Source: an uncultured bacterium
GTDB taxonomy: Bacteria > Fidelibacterota > Marinisomatia > Marinisomatales > UBA1611
NCBI GenBank assembly: GCA_943788175.1
Contig: CALSPG010000005.1
Location: forward strand, 70,211 to 134,210
DNA: 64,000 bases
Direction: 5' to 3'
Part shown: one piece after another, positions 58,460 through 64,000 of the stretch
Layout of the letters: every line of letters begins with the position of its first letter
How positions within the stretch are numbered: the first letter of the stretch is position 1
Translations under genes and position numbers: made by a program
The notes under the pieces: model-generated
Seen by the model: only the letters and a program-made list of their open reading frames with translations
What the model was told of the DNA's origin: nothing
The model's database searches: none

Positions 58460-59576
58460 TTAAGCTCGCCTTAAAAGCCATCCTACGAACTTGTTCAGCC
58501 CATATTTTTTCTTCTCCAAGCATATAAACCATATCAAGGATATTATCATAGTAAACATAATTTTCTTTTTTTTCAAGAATAGGTAATATTTTTGGAATAA
58601 CATCGGGATCTTTAAAAGAGCCCAAGTTATCTATCGCTTTTTTTCGAATGTCTAAGGGATAATCGCTGTTACTCGCAATCTCTACAACTGCGAGTTTGAC
58701 TTCTGGCTCGTTGAACTCTCCTAGAGCAGAAAGCATTGTATTTAAGAGTGTATAATACTGACCTTTTCCAGTATTATATGTATTCAAAAGTGCCAAGATA
58801 AGGTTTTCTTGTTTTACCCCAGCCATAGTATTTATAGCAAATTCACGAACTTCTAAATTAGTGTTTGGATCACCCAACAATTCAGCGAAAGCGGTTGCAA
58901 CATCTTCGGGGCTTTTTTTACCTAATATTTGAACGGCTTTATTTCTAATACCCAGCCTAACGTTTGGATCTTTTGCAATGGCAGTAAGAACAGGTATTAC
59001 TTGGTCGCTTTCTAATCCGCCTAATATTTGTGTCAGCATACTTTCTGTTCTGCTCATATTTGCTTTTGCAATTTCATATAAGTCTAGTAATACAAGAATT
59101 TGATCTTTAGTTCTCACTTTATTCAAATTTTCGGCTATAGTTAAATGTAGGTTGTTTGTTCTATCTTCGAGGATATGCATGCTCTCAACCATTGCAAAAC
59201 TAGCTTTTGGGTTTTCTCTGAAAAGTGCGAGCATTTCTATTGAAGACTTCAAGAATGAGAAATCGACAGCGCTTGTTGTTTCAACCATTTTTGCAATAGC
59301 GTTCAACGCCATTGGGTGTTGAGTATTCGCTAACATTCTACCAGCTTCTATTCTAGCTTTTATATGTTGATCATCATCATTATAAACTTGAATCATTTCT
59401 TCTAAAGCTTGAATATCTCCATCTTGATATGCACTCCTTAGTTTCTGAATATTGTTGAGAAAATTTGGATCGTCAGGATCAATTATCGACTTTTTTCCAA
59501 AAAAACTTTTAACAGTAGCACAACTTTGAAAAAGTGTAAAACAACAAATTATTATTATTAAATGTCTAATCATCAT
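58440..59576 (-). CDS. HEAT/armadillo-repeat protein, exported or lipoprotein
   Basis: The signal is MMIRHLIIIICCFTLFQSC. Repeated units of about 35 aa carry D-P/N-x-x-V-R motifs (DPNVRLGIRNKAVQILG, DPNTNLEVREFAINTMA, DYPLDIRKKAIDNLG). Confidence 0.6.
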   Translation of the reverse strand: MMIRHLIIIICCFTLFQSCATVKSFFGKKSIIDPDDPNFLNNIQKLRSAYQDGDIQALEEMIQVYNDDDQHIKARIEAGRMLANTQHPMALNAIAKMVETTSAVDFSFLKSSIEMLALFRENPKASFAMVESMHILEDRTNNLHLTIAENLNKVRTKDQILVLLDLYEIAKANMSRTESMLTQILGGLESDQVIPVLTAIAKDPNVRLGIRNKAVQILGKKSPEDVATAFAELLGDPNTNLEVREFAINTMAGVKQENLILALLNTYNTGKGQYYTLLNTMLSALGEFNEPEVKLAVVEIASNSDYPLDIRKKAIDNLGSFKDPDVIPKILPILEKKENYVYYDNILDMVYMLGEEKIWAEQVRRMAFKASLNEREHE

Positions 59577-60306
59577 TTTCCCATTGATGCAGTGTCAATT
59601 GTTTACCGTCAAAGACTGCATACGATGGCTGGTCTTGCCAGTCACCGAGAACCGCTAGTTTCCCTTTTCCTGCATCTATTAATTCATTTAGATGATAATG
59701 GCCACAAACCATGTAGTCAAATCCTTTTTCAAAGTGACTAGAAGCATGTTTTTTAAGTTCTGTTCTAATCTTATCCTTGATTTCAGTTGGTAACTCTGGG
59801 TGGTTCTCTGTTCGAGAGATTTTTCTGGCAATTTTATATGCAGTAGTTGGGTGTAAGAACCGAAAGCACCAAATGAAAAACGGAGAACGAATTATCTTTT
59901 TTAAAATTCTATACCCATAATCCCAACTTAAGAGTCCATCTCCGTGAGTAATATAAAAGTTCTTTCCTCTAATAGAAAAAGTTGTATCGTCAAAGTAAGT
60001 ATGGTTCATTAATTTTTCTTTCATGAAATCTAAAACCCAATAATCATGGTTCCCTGCAATAAACCTTAAATCTACTCCAGCTTTTCGTAATTGAAATGCT
60101 TTATTATAAAAGTCAAAATATGATTTAGGTATCATATCAGGATATTCAAAATAAAAATCAAACAAATCACCAACAAAAAAAAGCGTGCCTCTTGTCGTTC
60201 TGACAAAATTTAAAAATCTATATAGGGATTGTCTTTTAGCATCTTCTTCGGAAGATTCATTTAACATTAAGTGCACATCTGAAATAAAATAAATTGGTAA
60301 TTCCAT
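59566..60306 (-). CDS. lpxH: UDP-2,3-diacylglucosamine diphosphatase
   Basis: The calcineurin-like metallophosphoesterase motifs are FISDVHL, VGDLFDF, GNHD, THGD and GHYH. The LpxH-typical LGDW is near the C-terminus. Confidence 0.8.
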   Translation of the reverse strand: MELPIYFISDVHLMLNESSEEDAKRQSLYRFLNFVRTTRGTLFFVGDLFDFYFEYPDMIPKSYFDFYNKAFQLRKAGVDLRFIAGNHDYWVLDFMKEKLMNHTYFDDTTFSIRGKNFYITHGDGLLSWDYGYRILKKIIRSPFFIWCFRFLHPTTAYKIARKISRTENHPELPTEIKDKIRTELKKHASSHFEKGFDYMVCGHYHLNELIDAGKGKLAVLGDWQDQPSYAVFDGKQLTLHQWENDD

Positions 60307-60430
60307 GATTTAAAAAATATCTTTATAAATTTAGTTTTAATAAGAGTGTTAAATTTAACAATAAAATTTACTTTTCAGGACATATTGACATTATCTTGAA
60401 TTTTTTCTTAATGTATCAAACATCCTATTA

Positions 60431-63400
60431 ATGTATTTCGTTAATTCTAAAATGACTTTATTAAAATATATAACAGTTACTACTTTATTCATCGGTTCAC
60501 TTTTTGGACAGTCCTTTGGTAAAAATAAAGTTCAATACAGAGATTTCGACTGGTCATACATCCAAACACCTAATTTTGATATATATTTTTATGGTAATAA
60601 TCAGGACTTAGCAGAATTTACCTCAAAAGTTTCTGAAGAAGCCTACGATCAAATATCTACTCACCTTGCATGGGACTTGAAAAAGCGTGTTTCTATTTTA
60701 GTTTATAATTCTCACAATGAATTCCAGCAGACTAATGTTATTGGTCAGTATATGTCTGAAGGCATTGGTGGGGTAACCGAATTGTTTAAAAATAGGATAG
60801 TTTTTCCGTTTGATGGTGATTTCGAACAGTTTAGACATGTTATTCATCATGAATTAGTTCATGCCATGTTGAATGATATGGTTTATGGAGGTACAGCTCA
60901 AAATATGATGGCGAGTAGAACTAGAGTTCGAATTCCTTTATGGTCGAACGAAGGATTGGCCGAATTTTTAAGTTCAAATTGGGATACAAAAGCAGATATG
61001 GTTTTGCGTGATATTGCCATTCATGAAAGAATGCCTACTGTAAATGAGTTGAATTATTTTATGGCATACAAGGGTGGGCAATCCCTGTGGCGTTTTATTG
61101 CTGGTAAATATGGTAGGGAAAAAGTCGGAGAAATATTCCGTTCAATGAAGAAGACGCAAAATGCTGAGAAGGGTTATCAATTAGCTTTAGGGATGAAGTG
61201 GGATGAATTATCTGATCAATGGCACAAGTATTTGAAAAAAGAATATTGGCCAGATATAGCCGATAGAGATCCTCTTGAAGATATGTCAGAAAAAATTACT
61301 GATCATAAAAAAAATAGAAATTTTTACAATGTATCTCCATCTCTTTCTCCTGACGGCAGTACTGTAGCCTTACTTTCAGATAGGTCTGGTTATTTTGATG
61401 TTTACCTTTTAGATGCCGCCACAGGTAAGAAAAAAGCAACATTAGTCCAAGGGAGTCGCTCTGTTAATTTTGAAGAACTTAAGTGGTTGCAGCCTGGTAT
61501 ATCATGGTCACCTGATGGAGAAAAAATAGTAATTGCAACTAAATCTGGCTCTTCTGATGCACTGCAGATAATAGATGTTAAATCAAAAAAAGTAAAAAAA
61601 ATTGCGATTGCCTTAGACGGCGTATTTTCTGCTGCATGGAGTCCCTCAGGAAACGATATTGCATTTGCGGGTAATCATAATGGCTCTAGTGATATCTATA
61701 TTTACAATTTCGAAAAAGACAACTTTAAAAAAATTACAAATGATGTTTTTTCAGACTCATATCCATCTTGGAATCAAAATGGAGAGGAGATTGCTTTTGT
61801 TTCAGATCGAGGTATTTACATAGATGGTAAATACAGCGGGAGAATAGAAGATCATGATTATCGTCAAACTGATATTTATGTTGTTAACATAAATAGTGGC
61901 GAAATTAGTAGAGTTACGGACACTCCAGATAACGAGAGTTATCCTATTTGGGCAAATTCTGAAAGAACACTTTTCTATACCTCTGACCACAACGGTGTTT
62001 ATAATTTATATAAATATTCATTTAATGAAAATAGCAATAGAGATTCTGATAATAATAATGGTCCAATAGCGATTACAAACGTTTTAACAGGATTGCAACA
62101 GCCTACAATTTCTAAGGATGATAAATCAATAATTTTTGCTGGGTATTCTGGAGTTGGTTGGGACTTGTATGGTTTGAACAACCCATTAAATATGAGCAGT
62201 AAAAAAATATCCCCTACACAATTCATTAAATCAAGAGATAAAGAAGATTTATCTGTAGCGGATATTCGCGATACAGATAAAATTGAAAGAATTGATCTAA
62301 ATACAAACTCTTCATATTCAAAGTGGGTATTTGCTAAGGGTTATGAGAATTATAACTATTCATTGGATGATAAGAGCCCTAAGAAAGAAATAGCTGTCAA
62401 AGACACTCTTGTCGACGGTGCTCATATTCCAAAATCATATAAAACAAGATTTACATTAGATATGGTTAGCGGGAACTTGCAAATAAGTAATGTGTTTGGT
62501 GCCACCGGTATGACTTACTTCGCTTTTAGTGATATCTTAGGTAATCATCAAATACAATTTGGTACAGAGATGGTACTCACTCTTGAAGATAGTGATTATT
62601 TTTTATCATATGGTTATCTAAAGAATAAAACGGATTACTATTTTGTGGGTTTTCAGAATGCTGACTTTTTTCAAGCTGGTTATTATTCACTTGGGCGTTT
62701 GAGGCATTATGGGTTGCAATCTTATATATCGCACCCATTTAGTCGTTTTCAAAGAATTGACTTTGGTCTTACATGGCATAATATTAGCTATGATATTCTT
62801 GATAGGGTAATCAATACCTTTGGGCAAGAAGAATTAATAAAAAGGCCTGGGTCTTCGACAAATTTTTCTACAATTTTACCACGAGCAAGCTGGGTTATTG
62901 ATAATTCTATTTTTGGATTTACTGGGCCAATAGATGGGTTCAGACAAAATATTTCTGTTACAGCTAGTCCTGGATGGAAAACTGATTTTAAGTTTCAAAC
63001 TATAAAAGTGGATGCCCGAAAATACTGGCGCTTTGGACGTGATTATACTTTAGCTGTTAGAGGATTTTTAGGAAGAAGCCAAGGTAAAAATGCTCAGAAA
63101 TTTTTTCTAGGTGGGATACCATACTTGCTTACAGATTTTCAAAGTGGTACAACAAATGGAGATAGTGATGCTTCTGCATACAGGAGTGTTTTAACAGATA
63201 CTTCAAATTCAAACTTAATAACTGACGTCTACTTTACAGAATATGCGTTCCCAATGAGAGGTGCTCGTTTCGCAGAGAGGGTTGGTACTTATGCTTCACT
63301 TTTTAATTTTGAGGTAAGGTTTCCATTTATTAATTATCTTGCCTTAGGGTTTCCCCTTAAAAGTTGTGTTTGGAAATATAAGAGGTCATGCCTTTGTTGA
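60431..63400 (+). CDS. Large outer-membrane protein, paralogue 2 (HExxH domain + TolB-type propeller + barrel), interrupted near its 3' end
   Basis: It carries HELVH (nt 60848-60862) with a downstream SNEGLAEFL. Propeller blades read SPDGSTVALLSDRSG, WSPDGEKIVIA, WSPSGNDIAFA and WNQNGEEIAFVSDRG. It is colinear with the ORF at 15455. The frame ends at 63400 after non-conserved residues. Confidence 0.6.
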   Translation: MYFVNSKMTLLKYITVTTLFIGSLFGQSFGKNKVQYRDFDWSYIQTPNFDIYFYGNNQDLAEFTSKVSEEAYDQISTHLAWDLKKRVSILVYNSHNEFQQTNVIGQYMSEGIGGVTELFKNRIVFPFDGDFEQFRHVIHHELVHAMLNDMVYGGTAQNMMASRTRVRIPLWSNEGLAEFLSSNWDTKADMVLRDIAIHERMPTVNELNYFMAYKGGQSLWRFIAGKYGREKVGEIFRSMKKTQNAEKGYQLALGMKWDELSDQWHKYLKKEYWPDIADRDPLEDMSEKITDHKKNRNFYNVSPSLSPDGSTVALLSDRSGYFDVYLLDAATGKKKATLVQGSRSVNFEELKWLQPGISWSPDGEKIVIATKSGSSDALQIIDVKSKKVKKIAIALDGVFSAAWSPSGNDIAFAGNHNGSSDIYIYNFEKDNFKKITNDVFSDSYPSWNQNGEEIAFVSDRGIYIDGKYSGRIEDHDYRQTDIYVVNINSGEISRVTDTPDNESYPIWANSERTLFYTSDHNGVYNLYKYSFNENSNRDSDNNNGPIAITNVLTGLQQPTISKDDKSIIFAGYSGVGWDLYGLNNPLNMSSKKISPTQFIKSRDKEDLSVADIRDTDKIERIDLNTNSSYSKWVFAKGYENYNYSLDDKSPKKEIAVKDTLVDGAHIPKSYKTRFTLDMVSGNLQISNVFGATGMTYFAFSDILGNHQIQFGTEMVLTLEDSDYFLSYGYLKNKTDYYFVGFQNADFFQAGYYSLGRLRHYGLQSYISHPFSRFQRIDFGLTWHNISYDILDRVINTFGQEELIKRPGSSTNFSTILPRASWVIDNSIFGFTGPIDGFRQNISVTASPGWKTDFKFQTIKVDARKYWRFGRDYTLAVRGFLGRSQGKNAQKFFLGGIPYLLTDFQSGTTNGDSDASAYRSVLTDTSNSNLITDVYFTEYAFPMRGARFAERVGTYASLFNFEVRFPFINYLALGFPLKSCVWKYKRSCLC

Positions 63401-63626
63401 TGTTGGAGCAGCTTGGGATTCATCTAAGGAATTTTCTTCAAATAGTTGGCCAGAAAGATATGGTTCAAATGATACAGCAAAATTTTCTCCTTGGGTCGTT
63501 ACATCTGGATTGGGCGTAAAAATTAATTTAGGATATTTTTTATTGAGAGTTGAATCTGCCTGGGATAAGAACCCAAGCGGTTATTCAAAGCCACAATGGT
63601 ATTTGTCCCTAGGCCCTGATTGGTAA
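63366..63626 (+). pseudogene. 3' fragment of paralogue 2 in the +1 frame (last barrel strands)
   Basis: Read from about 63360 it gives KVVFGNIRGHAFVDVGAAWD...QWYLSLGPDW. This aligns residue for residue with the end of paralogue 1 and ends in an aromatic residue. Confidence 0.7.
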
Positions 63627-63676
63627 AATATCTGTCTTGATTCCATCACCCGTAGAAACCAATTTCTCCTACTTCT

Positions 63677-64000
63677 ATGGCGAATAAAAAAAACAAAATA
63701 AACTTTTTATGCTCTGAATGTGGCGATGACTTTGCCAAGTGGAATGGGCAATGTCCTAGCTGCAAGGAGTGGGGTACACTTTCCGAGTTCAAGGTTTTAG
63801 GCAATAAAAATATAAAAAGATCTAAGGTTGATTACCGAGATTATAAGGCCCTCAATGATATTTTAGAATCTGACCCTGGAGAAAGAATAACTACTAGCAT
63901 GACAGAAGCAGATAGAGTGCTTGGGGGAGGCCTTTTGCCTGGGTCATTACTTCTATTAGGTGGAAGTCCTGGAGTAGGTAAGTCAACATTAGCGTTACAT
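63677..64000 (+). CDS. radA: DNA repair protein RadA/Sms, 5' part (runs off the window)
   Basis: It starts MANKKNKINFLCSECGDDFAKWNGQCPSCKEWGTL, the Cys4 zinc ribbon. Walker A is GGSPGVGKSTLAL. The ORF is absent from the ORF track because no stop lies in the window. Confidence 0.9.
   Translation, partial: MANKKNKINFLCSECGDDFAKWNGQCPSCKEWGTLSEFKVLGNKNIKRSKVDYRDYKALNDILESDPGERITTSMTEADRVLGGGLLPGSLLLLGGSPGVGKSTLALH

Noticed and set aside
60385-60414. A sigma-70-like TTGACA, a 17-18 nt spacer and TAATGT in the lpxH/outer-membrane-paralogue divergent spacer.
   Set aside because: The -10 match is weak (3/6). The element sits only about 17 nt from the called ATG. Hexamers like these occur by chance in AT-rich DNA, and FCB-type promoters use different motifs. 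It is not supportable as a feature.

Overview
This window is visibly AT-rich and very gene-dense. Most neighbouring genes are separated by 0-30 nt or overlap by 1-20 nt, and convergent genes nearly touch or share stop codons. It looks like core chromosome of a streamlined Gram-negative bacterium. The gene content points to an uncultivated FCB-superphylum-like marine lineage, possibly Marinimicrobia-like, but this is inference only. That content includes CarboxypepD_reg-type outer-membrane barrels, a split MacB pump with two FtsX permeases, sigma-54, a Cys-less L31 and a DGGGPS-like UbiA enzyme.

About 60 CDS are supported and nearly all are housekeeping:
- folC-like 3' end, rho, a class-I aminotransferase, rpmE (type B), DUF1385-prfA-prmC, a UbiA prenyltransferase, dnaE and dtd.
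- A stand-alone B12-binding mutase domain, an M24 peptidase, an AlkA-like glycosylase and a HAD hydrolase.
- A minus-strand block with ligA and an ABC-2 exporter.
- carA (disrupted) and carB, an M1 peptidase and an amidase.
- TolC-MacA-MacB.
- An 11-kb co-directional array kdsB-pyrG-kdsA-kdsC-lptC-lptB-rpoN-hflK-hflC-hslV-hslU-argF.
- lpxH and the radA 5' end.

I found no rRNA, tRNA, CRISPR array, transposase or integrase, phage gene or recognisable defence gene. I cannot point to a clear-cut new multi-gene system. The best candidates for a second look are:
1. An orphan Cas6/RAMP-like protein with a polybasic tail, lying between rho and the aminotransferase.
2. Two divergent paralogues of a roughly 1000-aa outer-membrane protein that combines an HExxH domain, a TolB-type propeller and a C-terminal barrel.
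3. A translationally coupled minus-strand operon that mixes exported proteins of unknown function, a cupin, ligA and an ABC-2 exporter coupled to a predicted outer-membrane barrel.
4. Single-nucleotide frame disruptions: two compensating shifts in carA and one in the second outer-membrane paralogue, plus a possible split gene at an A7 run. Two sit in A runs (A4, A7). They are either assembly errors or real gene decay.
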